Assembly (NCBI GenBank): GCA_964019335.1 | Contig: OZ025650.1 | Span: 935,970 to 999,969 of the forward strand | Length of the DNA: 64,000 bases | Direction of reading: 5' to 3' | From: Diplonema japonicum | Lineage: Eukaryota; Protista; Euglenozoa: Diplonemea | Shown here: piece after piece, positions 45,335-56,666 of the stretch | Layout: each line of letters begins with the position of its first letter | Numbering within the stretch: position 1 is the first letter of the stretch | Position numbers and translations under genes: made by a program | Notes under the pieces: model-generated | The model's input: only the letters and a program-made list of their open reading frames with translations | Databases searched by the model: none | Told to the model about the DNA's origin: nothing

Positions 45335-47559
45335 ATGAACCACACACATGAGAGCACAGGGGGGGTGTCGAGCGTATTTGTTAACGGTCGTCTGTGTGTC
45401 TATGGAGGCCCAGTTCCAGATAAGGTGTGGCAGTTAGATGTGCAAGATTTCACATGGGATGAAATGCAGTGCCATGGAGACATCCCAGCTGCAAGGCACC
45501 ACCATGCTGTGTGTACTTACAAAGATAGGATGTTGATTCATGGTGGGATGCTGCTGGAAGGCGGGCACGAGGAGCACCCAGTGTACTCGATGGACGTGTT
45601 GACGGGGAACTGGACCCACATCCTCACGTCAGGCGAGGCACCGACCACAAGGTCGCACCACACGGCAGTGGTCATCGACGACATGATGGTCATATACGGT
45701 GGACGATGCTGCGCTGATAACCCCACTGCGCAAGAGCTGGAGGAGCAGAAGCGTGCAGGGTTCTTCGATGTCCACGTGCTTAACCTGCAACAGTTGAGGT
45801 GGTTCAGGATCGAACGGTACGACCCACTGGCCCCTATGTTGTGGGGTCACTCTGCTTCTGTCTTCAGGCATTTCATGATAGTTTTTGGTGGTTTCGATGT
45901 CTCGGAGTCTCCGCCTGCCTCTATCTTTGCTGATGTTTCCACGACACCAGTGGCAACCCTTTCCAATACTGTCTTCATCTACGATACGCAGCGTTGCGAG
46001 TGGAAAAAAGCTTCTCCACACCCAGGCCAAGCATGCCCTGTCCCACGAGCCCTCCATGCTGCCCATAACTTAGGGGCACAAATGGTGGTTTATGGAGGTA
46101 TAACAGTTGACAACAACGGACGACCCACTAACGTGCTGGATGCTTGGGTGTGGGACATATCTTCGGGGAACTGGACACCATTTTCATTCGCGTTGAGTTA
46201 CTGGAGTGGGAAGAAGCCTCTTGGTGCGGTTCTCCCTGGCAGCACAGCCCTGATGGTAGCAAACAACCAAACTGAAGTGCACTTTTATACTCTGAGCACC
46301 GGGACGTGGCAGACACAGATTTGTGACCCAGCTAAGCTTTATAAACCGACTGTTCCTATCGACTACGAGCCACCGCAGCCACAACCTCCACCGTTCAAGC
46401 CTGAACCAGAGCCTGAGCCTGAGCCTGAGCCTCAGGTACCTGTTTCGATGCCGTCAGTGACCACATCCCCCCTTGATACTGGACCACTGCCTCTCACTGA
46501 GACAGCACAACCACAGCACCTCTATGAGGAGCATACATACCCGGTGCACCCCGAGCTTGTCCCGGAAGTGCACCCATATCCATCCGACCCTTATGCCGAG
46601 GAGAGAAGGCGGAACCACATGGTTCTTGTACAGCAAGAAGAAAAAAAGCGAACTGAGCAGGTGGGCAGCCTAAGAGAGCGGATACTTGAAATGCAGGACC
46701 AATTGAACCATTACAGAAATATGCAGCACGAACAAGCACAGCCGAGGCACTCAGTAGACCACCCGGAGATAAGTCCTCAACGCAATACAACTTACGCTAT
46801 CCCCGCTACCGCCAAGGATGCAGATGCACAAGATGCAGCGGGGCAGTACATGTCTCAGCTGATGGAGCAATTCACACAAGTGCAGCATCAGAATAGGAGA
46901 TCACTGGACGAAGCACATGCAAGACACAGAGCTCAGATGGAGGAAGCGAGGCGGCTGCATGAAGAGAGATTGCGGTTGATCAAACAACAGCAGCAAGAAT
47001 ACCAAGATGCCCAGCTGGAGCTTGCTCAGCTAGAAACAAAGCACGACAACGCCGAAGTACTGCGGAAGCAGACGGAACTTCTTCAAGAACAACAGCGGCA
47101 GCTAGCCGAAGTGCAAAAGGTCGTGCCTCCTGTTGAAGAGGAGAAGCCTCGTCAGACTAGCGGGCTGCCAACTCAAGTGCGTTCTATGGCTGCTGCTGTC
47201 GATAAACTAACAAAAGCTTCTGAATTACGTGGTCCTTCCGTTACCACGGCCTTCCCACGAGGGATGGAAGAGGTAGCGGGGATACAGAATGCCATCAAGC
47301 AGATGAACACTGCTTTTATTAAACCTGCACACATTGATAACAGGGTACCTTCAATGCTGTCCCCTTCGAGGGAAGCTTCATTCAGCCCGGTGGCTGTACC
47401 GAACCACCTGCAGAACATCAAAAACCAAATAGCGAGAATTAACCGCACCACCCGGGAGGAATCCGAACGAGGGTTTTCAAAGAGGGTATGTCAACACGAC
47501 ACATGTTTAAATCTTTTCAGGTGTCGCCTCCCAGGCTGCGCCATGCTTCTGTAAACTAA
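45335..47559 (+). CDS. Kelch-repeat protein with Pro-rich linker and coiled-coil C-terminus
   Basis: Kelch motifs 'RHHHAV...LIHGG', 'RSHHTAV...IYGG', 'GHSASV...VFGG'. Terminal intron 47486-47520. Confidence 0.85.
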
Positions 47560-47621
47560 GCCGTAGATATACTTAGAGTAGATAGTATTGCCGACTAGGC
47601 CACTAATCAGTCACCACAGGG

Positions 47622-49706
47622 ATGGGGGTCATTGAGCAGTTACGGCACGCTGAGGAGACGAGAAGCAGGCTGGCTGATAATGTGCAGGTATTGCAGATTG
47701 AGAAGTCAGAGCTGCTGAGTGTCATCGACAGCATGAAGCAGGACAAAGGGCGCCTGGAAATGTGTTTGCACGGTGCCATGGGGAGTGCACAAGGAAGAGA
47801 AGAAGAGCACCTAAAAGCCATCACAGAACTGAACAACGTAGTAGCAGAAAGGGATAAAAGCATTAGACTCTTGAGAGAGGCTGTGGAGACGAGCAAGGGG
47901 CATGAGCTTCTAATGGAGAATGAGCACCTTAAGGCAGAGAATCAGGATTTCCTCCATAGACTAAGCGCAGCACATATGGAGCTTGCGCAGTCTCAGCAGG
48001 CGCAGCCAGGCATTGCGCAGAAACATATTGAAGAATTGACAATGGAGAACACCGATCTTAAGAACGAGGTGCGTGCTACAGAAGATTTTTACCTCAAGAA
48101 AACAGAGAACCTTGAGGCCACCGTGCAAGAGCTCATACAGCTCGTGGAAAGCTCAAAAACTGACAGGGCTTTAGAAAGGGACAACGTGAAGATGCAGCTG
48201 CCCACCGCCAGCTACGTGTCCGCATCGGCACTCTCACAGGAAACGGAAATTGCTAGAGAGCACTTGGCTTTAGAAGACAAAATCACAGAGCTCGAGGTGG
48301 TCAACAAAAAGTTAGTATCTGCGCTGCAAGAAACAGCGCATGCGTGCTTGGAGCAAGAAAGGGAGAGCCAAAGGGCGCAAGAGGGCACCGCCGCACACTC
48401 GATGGAGCACCATTTAGACCAGCTTAACATCGAGAGGAGTGAGATGCAAGATGTGATGCACAAAATCCTCACGAACGGCGTAGATGTGGAAGGTATCATC
48501 AGCGATATGAAGACGTCTTTTGAAGAAACACTTATAAAGGTTCAGGACAACAATACGCACCTACATGGCATCGTGAGTCATGCAATGACTCTGCAAAAGC
48601 TCCTTAAAGCTGAAAGCGATATGAAAACCAAGCAGCTAGAAGCGCTTGCGACAGCTGATGATAGTGCTGTGATGCAGCTGTTGGAAGAGACGAACAGCCA
48701 TACATCCACTGTTACCGCACTCCAGCTAAGGATCACGGAACTTACGTTTCAGACACGCAACCTAGAAGGCGAGTTGCTTGATGCCAGAACAGAGCTAGAG
48801 ATGGTCGCAAAGTCTGTCGTCGCCAATGACGAGCCCAGTATTGCTCTTGTCAATATCCTTAAGGGGCTCCTGCAACACCAAAGGGATATTACCAGAGCTG
48901 CTGTTAAGGAATGCATCACCAACGACGATATAGTGTGTCAGCTGCAAGAATGCCTTGCAACCTTCAACGAGAGACCTAAAACACAGGCAATGAAGGAAAA
49001 CTGCAAAAACTGCAATGAGCTCCACACCTATGTTAGTGATATGGAAGACTTAATGGTCGAGAAAGAAGAAGCTTTAGCTGAGCTGCAGAAAGAAAATTCA
49101 TGGAGGCAGGAGCAAATGCTTGACATGGAGGAAACAGGGGTTAAAATAGTAACCATGCGAGAGCAGATTGAACAACTGAATGCACATATTCAGCAAGTAG
49201 AGTCCGAGAGGTCACTGCTCCAAGAGAAATGGGACGAACTTGTAAAAGAGCACACAACAACTATGCAGCTGACTAAAGTAGCGTTGCAAGAACGCAAAGA
49301 GCAGTGCACCAGGTTAAAGGAGCAACTACAGGTAAAGGAAGGTTCCGACCAACGGCAGCAGCTAAGCAACAGGAATAGCACACAAAAGGGCATACCCGAC
49401 AGGAACAGTGAGGTAGATGATATCCTTTGCTCAGCACTGAGCAAATGGAGCGTGCGCCACACAGCAGCAACAACGAAAGAACTCGCAAGGTGTGTCGCGA
49501 GTGTTCCCTTTAACGCCATGCGCGACGCAGTAGAACTCCTTGCAAGCTCCCTTGACATTTACCACGCTAATGACCTCGGCTGCCATGACATTGTGCCCCT
49601 CGTGATGCGGTGCATCAACAGAGTAAAAGGCACAGGGCCCAGTTCAAGAGACTCCAACATTATCAACACACACGTAGACCCTGTCAAGGTGAGGTCTTAC
49701 ATATGA
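47622..49706 (+). CDS. Long coiled-coil protein
   Basis: 694 aa of E/Q/L/K-rich heptads. Confidence 0.75.
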   Translation: MGVIEQLRHAEETRSRLADNVQVLQIEKSELLSVIDSMKQDKGRLEMCLHGAMGSAQGREEEHLKAITELNNVVAERDKSIRLLREAVETSKGHELLMENEHLKAENQDFLHRLSAAHMELAQSQQAQPGIAQKHIEELTMENTDLKNEVRATEDFYLKKTENLEATVQELIQLVESSKTDRALERDNVKMQLPTASYVSASALSQETEIAREHLALEDKITELEVVNKKLVSALQETAHACLEQERESQRAQEGTAAHSMEHHLDQLNIERSEMQDVMHKILTNGVDVEGIISDMKTSFEETLIKVQDNNTHLHGIVSHAMTLQKLLKAESDMKTKQLEALATADDSAVMQLLEETNSHTSTVTALQLRITELTFQTRNLEGELLDARTELEMVAKSVVANDEPSIALVNILKGLLQHQRDITRAAVKECITNDDIVCQLQECLATFNERPKTQAMKENCKNCNELHTYVSDMEDLMVEKEEALAELQKENSWRQEQMLDMEETGVKIVTMREQIEQLNAHIQQVESERSLLQEKWDELVKEHTTTMQLTKVALQERKEQCTRLKEQLQVKEGSDQRQQLSNRNSTQKGIPDRNSEVDDILCSALSKWSVRHTAATTKELARCVASVPFNAMRDAVELLASSLDIYHANDLGCHDIVPLVMRCINRVKGTGPSSRDSNIINTHVDPVKVRSYI

Positions 49707-49791
49707 TTGTTTTCCAACATCAATTTTTGCACTTCTTATGACTTATTATTGTTTGTTCGACACCTTAAAATTCCTCAGTATTTCTTGAAAA

Positions 49792-50441
49792 ATGGGTCGT
49801 GACGTTACCGGACTTAAGAAGCAGGTGGCCAGGAGGACCACTCCCTCGTCCACCAACCCCTACATCTACCTGCTGGTGAAGATCTACAGGTTCCTTGCCC
49901 GCCGTGCTGAGTGCCCCTTCAACAAGGTATGCAAGCTTCACATGTCACATTCGTAGGTTGTCCTTCACCGCCTGATGATGAGCCGCACCAACCTCCCCCC
50001 CATGACTCTGTCCCGCATTGCCCTGAACATGAAGGGGAGGGAGGACAAGACCTGTGTGGTTGTTGGTACCGTTACTGACGACACCCGCCTTGCTGAGGTG
50101 CCCAAGTTGAAGGTTGCGGCCCTCCGTTTCACCGAGACCGCTCGTGCCCGTATCCTCAAGGCCGGTGGTGAGGTCATGACTCTTGACCAGCTCGCCATGG
50201 TCGCCCCCAAGGTATTTCGCCACCATTTACACAGAATAGTATACACCTTTAATTACAGGGGTCCAACACCGTACTCCTCCGTGGCAAGCGTGCCGCGCGT
50301 ACTGTCTACAAGCACTTCGGGGCACCTGGTGTGCCGGGCAGCCACGCCCGCCCGTACATCAACGGGACTTCCAAGACTGGCCGCAAGCACGAGCGTGGCC
50401 GTGGTCGCAGGGCTGGCAAGGCTTTCAAGGTCAAGGCGTGA
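49792..50441 (+). CDS. RPL18: 60S ribosomal protein L18 (eL18), copy 1
   Basis: '[17 protein letters not shown]', 'MSRTNLPP', 'VVVGTVTDD', '[11 protein letters not shown]', 'ERGRGRR'. Introns 49927-49956 and 50212-50258. Confidence 0.96.
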
Positions 50442-50603
50442 TAAGTTTCGATGGTTATTTCCCCATTCCCCCGTTTCATTTTTGCTTGCAAAAGATCATT
50501 TCCCCTTCTATCAAGTCCGTGCGGTCCCCAGTCTTCGTATCACTGTCTCGCTAGCCGTGTCACTCTAATATGCAACTCAGTCAAGAAAAAAAAAAAGAAA
50601 AAT

Positions 50604-51296
50604 ATGGGTCGCGACGTTACCGGACTTAAGAAGCAGGTGGCCAGGAGGACCACTCCCTCGTCCACCAACCCCTACATCTACCTGCTGGTGAAGATCTACA
50701 GGTTCCTCGCCCGCCGTGCTGAGTGCCCCTTCAACAAGGTATGAACTTAAGCGGCATGCCACCACAATATACAGGTTGTCCTTCACCGCCTGATGATGAG
50801 CCGCACCAACCTCCCCCCCATGACTCTGTCCCGCATTGCCCTGAACATGAAGGGGAGGGAGGACAAGACCTGTGTGGTTGTTGGTACCGTTACTGACGAC
50901 ACCCGCCTTGCTGAGGTGCCCAAGTTGAAGGTTGCGGCCCTCCGTTTCACCGAGACCGCTCGTGCCCGTATCCTCAAGGCCGGTGGTGAGGTCATGACTC
51001 TTGACCAGCTCGCCATGGTCGCCCCCAAGGTATTTCGCCACCATTTACACAGAATAGTATACACCTTTAATTACAGGGGTCCAACACCGTACTCCTCCGT
51101 GGCAAGCGTGCCGCGCGTACTGTCTACAAGCACTTCGGGGCACCTGGTGTGCCGGGCAGCCACGCCCGCCCGTACATCAACGGGACTTCCAAGACTGGCC
51201 GCAAGCACGAGCGTGGCCGTGGTCGCAGGTATGTCACAAATACTCATCAGCCTACCAACTTACAGGGCTGGCAAGGCCTTCAAGGTCAAGGCGTAA
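50604..51296 (+). CDS. RPL18: 60S ribosomal protein L18 (eL18), copy 2
   Basis: Near-identical CDS to copy 1. Introns 50739-50774, 51030-51076 and 51229-51265. Confidence 0.96.
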
Positions 51297-51365
51297 GCAT
51301 TTTAGTCGCATCATTATTTTTAGTTTATCTCAAAACATACCAGACATCACCGCAACGCAGGAGTA

Positions 51366-53210
51366 ATGGGGGATGCTGATGTAAGCGAAGATGGGGCAGA
51401 GAGGAACTTATACAAGAGGTTGCTTACGGCAGACTGCAACAAGCGAGAGGAGGCAATTACGGATGTTATCGGCTCTTTAAAGAACTTGGCGTCTTCGGCA
51501 CTTCGGGGGGGAAACGAGGCCATTATGATGTTCGTGGCTGTGCACGGTCCCTATATCGTGACTAATGCACGCCAATGTCCATTTGAAGACATTTCTGTAG
51601 CTTTCAGTGACCTGCTGGCATGGGCGAAGAAGACATGCATGCTAGAGATTGAGGCGATGCTTGACGAGGACGAGGATGACGCATCCTCTGACGTTGACAG
51701 GGATGATGTTCTAGTCTCGCATCACAGCTTACACAAATACCCAAAGAGAGAGAGTAGGAGGAAGCGCTCGTCTGTGGACGGTAGCGACACGGAGTCGGTG
51801 TCCGAAGGGAACACAAGCAGCCATTCATCTAACGAAAGTAAAGGGCGGAGCGCGCAGCTGCTATCAAGCACGTCCTGCTCTATGTTCATCTCGCCTGCGG
51901 AAATCGAACCTGTCCTCACTGAGCATCACGAGATAAAGTATCTTTATCAGCAAGTCTTCCTGAAAGAGGGCGAGGTCCCGAACTGGCTGCGAGTGCTATC
52001 CTGCAAACCAGAGGTGACACTGAAGATTTACCGGACGCTGGACACCATGACTTCCATTGGCCCCCTCCCCCCTCCTTCGAGGTGGTACATTGCCCTCATG
52101 GTTGCATCTCTTTGCAGATCGGAGTACTGGATTAATAGGTGCGAAAACGCGTTCTGCCGAGTAGGCGGCTCGGAGGATTGGATTACCAACGGTGTCCATG
52201 AAGACCCGAAGCTCGCAGCCTTTGCTCCCTTCAACATCAATTTGGCCACCGCACCATGGCTCATTACACCGGAGACAATTCGAGACTTGGTGGATGGAGG
52301 CTGGACGTTGCCGGAGCTTGTGCAGGCTGTCGTAATTGCGTCACAGATGCTGTCGCTGTGCTCAATAGCGAAGGGCGTGGGTCTGATTTGCGATGGTGCG
52401 AAGGGGTACAAGTGCGAGATGCCTGGTGTGGGGATGAAGCATTGCCAGTCGTCGGAAGAGCTGACTGACATGTTGGACGCGCTGAACGGTGGCGGAGATC
52501 CTCTGCCAGGGACGACACCACTCGAGACGTTCCACAAGCTAGTTGAGGACGATGTGTACGACGAGGGCAACGCAGCCAGCTGTGAGCCTGAACGGCTGAC
52601 GTCAATAAGTGGGAACCATGCGAACACGATGTTCCAGGGGTTCAGAGAGAGGGGGACGTCTAAGACGCACTCGTACCTAAGGCTTTCGGAGTACAACTGG
52701 AGGGATGACTCATGTTGTGTTGTTGAACAGTTGCTGAGCGGTGACCTCGCAAGCCAGATGGACAATGTGTTCAGCACGGTGGCTACTATGACTGACAACG
52801 ACATGTTTGGGAGTGTGCACGGCATTGACACCACACGGCTGCGGAGGATGGTGTGGTACTACGTTCATGGTCTGTATGGCATCGTGGCTGATGATATGGA
52901 CTACAGTAGCATCAACTCTCTTGTAGGGATCAAGAAGGCAGGCATTGTCACTCTTAAAAAGTTCATTAAATATGTCGGGTGCCTCACTGGCAGTGTGGGC
53001 ATGTTGGAATACCACTTCGACCACCGCTACACACAGGTATTTCAAGGAAAAAGGGGGGGAAATGGGAAACAAAACAAAAAACAGCCCTTTTCATCAAAAG
53101 ACAAAGTACATATCACATTGCTAGCTGCTGAGGCACGCATGCAGGCTGCGCTTATTTATAGTATGCGTGCGTCCGCGAAGTATTTGGCATCAAAGTCACA
53201 AAAGAGCTAA
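51366..53210 (+). CDS. Sestrin (PA26 family)
   Basis: 'CPFEDI', '[17 protein letters not shown]', '[13 protein letters not shown]', '[11 protein letters not shown]', 'YNWRD', 'DTTRLRR..WYY..LYGI..DD.DY', '[10 protein letters not shown]'. Possible in-frame intron 53037-53084. Confidence 0.9.
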   Translation: MGDADVSEDGAERNLYKRLLTADCNKREEAITDVIGSLKNLASSALRGGNEAIMMFVAVHGPYIVTNARQCPFEDISVAFSDLLAWAKKTCMLEIEAMLDEDEDDASSDVDRDDVLVSHHSLHKYPKRESRRKRSSVDGSDTESVSEGNTSSHSSNESKGRSAQLLSSTSCSMFISPAEIEPVLTEHHEIKYLYQQVFLKEGEVPNWLRVLSCKPEVTLKIYRTLDTMTSIGPLPPPSRWYIALMVASLCRSEYWINRCENAFCRVGGSEDWITNGVHEDPKLAAFAPFNINLATAPWLITPETIRDLVDGGWTLPELVQAVVIASQMLSLCSIAKGVGLICDGAKGYKCEMPGVGMKHCQSSEELTDMLDALNGGGDPLPGTTPLETFHKLVEDDVYDEGNAASCEPERLTSISGNHANTMFQGFRERGTSKTHSYLRLSEYNWRDDSCCVVEQLLSGDLASQMDNVFSTVATMTDNDMFGSVHGIDTTRLRRMVWYYVHGLYGIVADDMDYSSINSLVGIKKAGIVTLKKFIKYVGCLTGSVGMLEYHFDHRYTQVFQGKRGGNGKQNKKQPFSSKDKVHITLLAAEARMQAALIYSMRASAKYLASKSQKS

Positions 53211-55239
53211 AAGAATCAGTCATCAAGAAAACGAGAAGAGAAAATGAGGGAGGATTTAAAACAGACAAGAGATTTCCCTTTCTCACTCTTTTGATTCCCT
53301 CCTGTTTGTTTTGTTTGTGTTCAGTTTAAGAAATGACAGAGGAATTTTTCTCTTTTTTTTTTTTTTTTTTGCTCTTTATTAATGATATATAGTGTATCCA
53401 TACTTTTTAGGTATCTAGGTCGGGACTCCGTGATCAGGGAGATTGTTAGATGTCGTGCTATAAACTACTTTGAACGTTGAGCCGACAAATTTCGTTTTTA
53501 ATTTTCCATTATGCCTGGCTTGAATAGATCCGTTTGGTTTCTATTTCTTTCTTAGCTTCATTAGGTATCAGTATGGTGGAGCTAACTCACTTGTTTTCCC
53601 CACCTTTCGTTTGTTGTCACTGTAGCAGGGTAAATAGAGCATGAGGCAGCTATAGCAGCAGGCAGCAACTAGAAAATAACAAAAAATAAATAAATGTGCC
53701 TGTGCGGTTAGTAAGCCGCGCCTATTTCCTTGGGAGGTTTCTTTTTTCTTTCAAGTCCTCCTCGGAGCCTAGGGCATCTGGGTCTAAGAAGGCGTCGTAG
53801 CATTATCCTAGGCACCTGTCGGACTCCTGCGAAACTCATTTTCGTTCTTTTGCTTTTTTCTTTGCTCATTTCCTTTTCCAATCATCATAGATAGCAGGAG
53901 GGCGAGGGTTTTCTTTTTTTTAGTTTGTAGTACGTATGGTCGGTTATGGAATGGCAAGGAGGGGAGGTTCTTTTGCACCGTGCCCTCCTTGCGAGAAGGG
54001 AGAGAAGCCTCCGCATCTCCCGCTATCTGTGTTTATCATGTTGCTTTTCTTTTTATTTGTCCCTTCATCCCGTTGTCCCCGCTCCCTCCCCCTTAACAGC
54101 AGTTCAGGTTACATAAAAGCTCTTTCCTTATCATAACACATTCACTTCTGGCCGTGCCTCTTGCTCACCCCGAGGCACTTTCTGAAAGGCTGTCTGTAAC
54201 ATGCAGGCAGTATGCACACATGAATGATGCAACAACTGAAACAGCCTTGCCTATGTCTTGTTCTTCTCCTCCTTTTCCCCTTTGTTAGATTGTGTTGCTT
54301 AGACTCAATAACGGGGAGGCAGAGCGAAAGGGAAGGGAGGAAAAAAGAGAAAACCTAGCTTTGTACCGTTCAGCGGTGGTCTAGCACTAAGAATACAAAT
54401 CGGGGGGAAAAAAGGAAAGAAAAAAAAAGAAACTCTTGGATTTGCGAAAGTGGCGGGGTGCACCCTCCTTCACTTTTGCTTGTTCGAGTGTTAAGTGCTT
54501 CCTTCTCTGTCAACAATATTATTCTTTGATCTGTTTTAAGTTATGGCCCCCCATCCCCCACCACTCTGCTCCAAAGGGAGGGACCAACGAAAAAAGAAGT
54601 AAAAGAAGAAAGAGAAAAGAGAAGAATACTGTAAAACCAGAGTTAATAATGGCATGCAGCAGTATAGTGGATAACATGGTGAAACAGTTGGAGTTTGTAC
54701 CCATGCATGTTGAATGCAGGATAAACTGCCAAGGTAGGACATTTGCCCATTGAAATCTGATCCCATGACACATGGCATCACCGGTTTTGCAGTTTTGATA
54801 CTTTTTCACCAAATAAATGTTGTCATTTATTAATGGTTAGATAGGTATTCATTTTTTACAGTAAGAATTATGTCTTTCTTTTTCTTTCTTTTTTCCCCCA
54901 ACTTCCTTCCTTTTTTGAATAAGTTTTTAATGCTTTTACAGTGTCAAATATTTCAGGCTCCAAACAGTCAACTTTTAATATGTACAGGAGGAACTACGAC
55001 ACAGGTTCTTTTCCTTGGTGCTTCCTTAGTTTAGGCAACGAATAGAAAGGATCACCGAGTGAAGGTCAGGAAGTCTCGGTCAACCTACAACGAGTACGCT
55101 TGACAAGAATGATGGATCCAGTCATCTTTTCCCTGCACTTCCATATGTTTGAGAAGACAAGCACTAAAGCAGCTACGCGTTCACAGATGCTGGGACGAGG
55201 TTAAGGTTCTTGGTGTGTGCGTGAGCGAGTTCTTCGAGC

Positions 55240-55530
55240 ACACGCACCCTCACAGACACGAACACGAACACACGCACGCACACAAGCGCAGACACGCACA
55301 CCCACACAAACACGAACACACACACAACACAGACTGCCAGAAACACACGCACACCCACACAGACACACGCACACCCGCACAGACACGAACACGAACACAA
55401 CAGGACACACACGTACACAGGCACAGACGCACACACGCACGCACACAGACACACCCACACACAGACGCACCCGCCACAGACACACCCACACCCGCACCCG
55501 CACAGACACGAATACAACACAGACACACGC
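55240..55530 (+). repeat. Degenerate (CA/CAG/CAC)n microsatellite
   Basis: Seen directly. It produces the spurious His/Thr and Cys/Val ORFs in the track. Confidence 0.9.
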
Positions 55531-55534
55531 GCGT

Positions 55535-55697
55535 AAACCCGCAAACCCCTTTGCGGAACTTTTTTTCTTTTTTAGAAAAAGATTTTTGCACTTAGAAGAA
55601 GAAATTCTTTTTCTTCCTTCTTTTTCTTTTTTTTTTTTTCCAATTTTAAAAAACCAAGTGATTGCTTTTATTTCTCGTGCGGGTTTGCGGGTTTGCG
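55535..55697. repeat. Inverted pair of short AAACCCGC repeats flanking an AT-rich spacer
   Basis: AAACCCGCAAACCC at 55535-55548 and its exact reverse complement GGGTTTGCGGGTTT at 55681-55694. Confidence 0.8.
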
Positions 55698-55881
55698 GAA
55701 AGCCCGTTGCACGACTTACCATGTGACCCCGGTCCCCCCAAAAAAAAGAAAGGGGTCGGGAATTATTTGGGAAATTTGGAGCGGAAAAATCCCCGAAAAA
55801 AAAAAGAATTATTTGGGAAAAAACACATTATTTGGGAGGGAATTATTCGGGCCCCCCCTTTAGTTAAAATTGTATTATGCC

Positions 55882-55919
55882 ACCAACGATTCTAAAGCTA
55901 CAGTTTCTGTACTTTATTG
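55882..55919 (+). other. Genomic copy 1 of the spliced-leader exon (nt 2-39)
   Basis: ACCAACGATTCTAAAGCTACAGTTTCTGTACTTTATTG, containing the euglenozoan SL core ACAGTTTCTGTACT.TATTG. Followed by about 175 nt of GC-rich body and an A-rich tract at 56096-56145. Confidence 0.92.
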
Positions 55920-56487
55920 GTCGTTCGTGTTCTGCTGGTGCCTGCCGCCTCTGCCTGGGTTTGCCGCTGCGTCCGTCGTCCGTCGTCGCCGTCGTTTGGG
56001 GGGGTTGTTTTGCCCGTCGGCCTGCCCGCTTACCGAAAGGATCCCCCTGTGCTGTGTATCCGCTTTCGTTGTGACCGTTGCTGAATACGAAGTAGAAAAA
56101 AAAAAAAGTAAACAAAACAAAAAAAAGAAAGCAACAACAAAAAAATGAAAAGAGGTTTTTTTTTAATTCAAAGTATCTTTTTGTTTTTGATGTTGGCAGG
56201 CACTAAAACAACCTTCATACGCTAACCACATCAAAATCAAAATCTATATCTTGGACTAAAAAAAAAACACCCACTCTTCGGAGTTAAGGGAGCTTTTTGT
56301 GCGACTCCCCCTCTTTTTTGGGCAGCACCTATCTATACCTTTCCTTTTCCTTTTCCTTTTCCATTTTCCTTTACTATATTTTCTATACCTTTATTTTATA
56401 CCTTGTACCTTAGTTTTAATTAAAATATTTTTAATAAAAAAAAAAAAAAAAAAAACATTCATTATTTCATTATTTCATTATTTCATT

Positions 56488-56525
56488 ACCAACGATTCTA
56501 AAGCTACAGTTTCTGTACTTTATTG
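56488..56525 (+). other. Genomic copy 2 of the spliced-leader exon (nt 2-39)
   Basis: Identical 38-mer. The next ~30 nt resemble those after copy 1. Confidence 0.92.
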
Positions 56526-56666
56526 GTCGTCTGTGTTTTTGTTGGTGCCTGCTGCGTCCGCTCGGTGTCCGTTCGTCTCCAAGTCCGGAGTAAAGAGGTA
56601 CCATCCTGAAGATCATCATGCAGCTCGTTGCGGTGCTTAACGCGTTCGGCCGTTTCAATCCTTTAG

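Noticed and set aside
55149-55726. His/Thr-rich and Cys/Val-rich ORFs
   Set aside because: They are translations of the CA-rich microsatellite.
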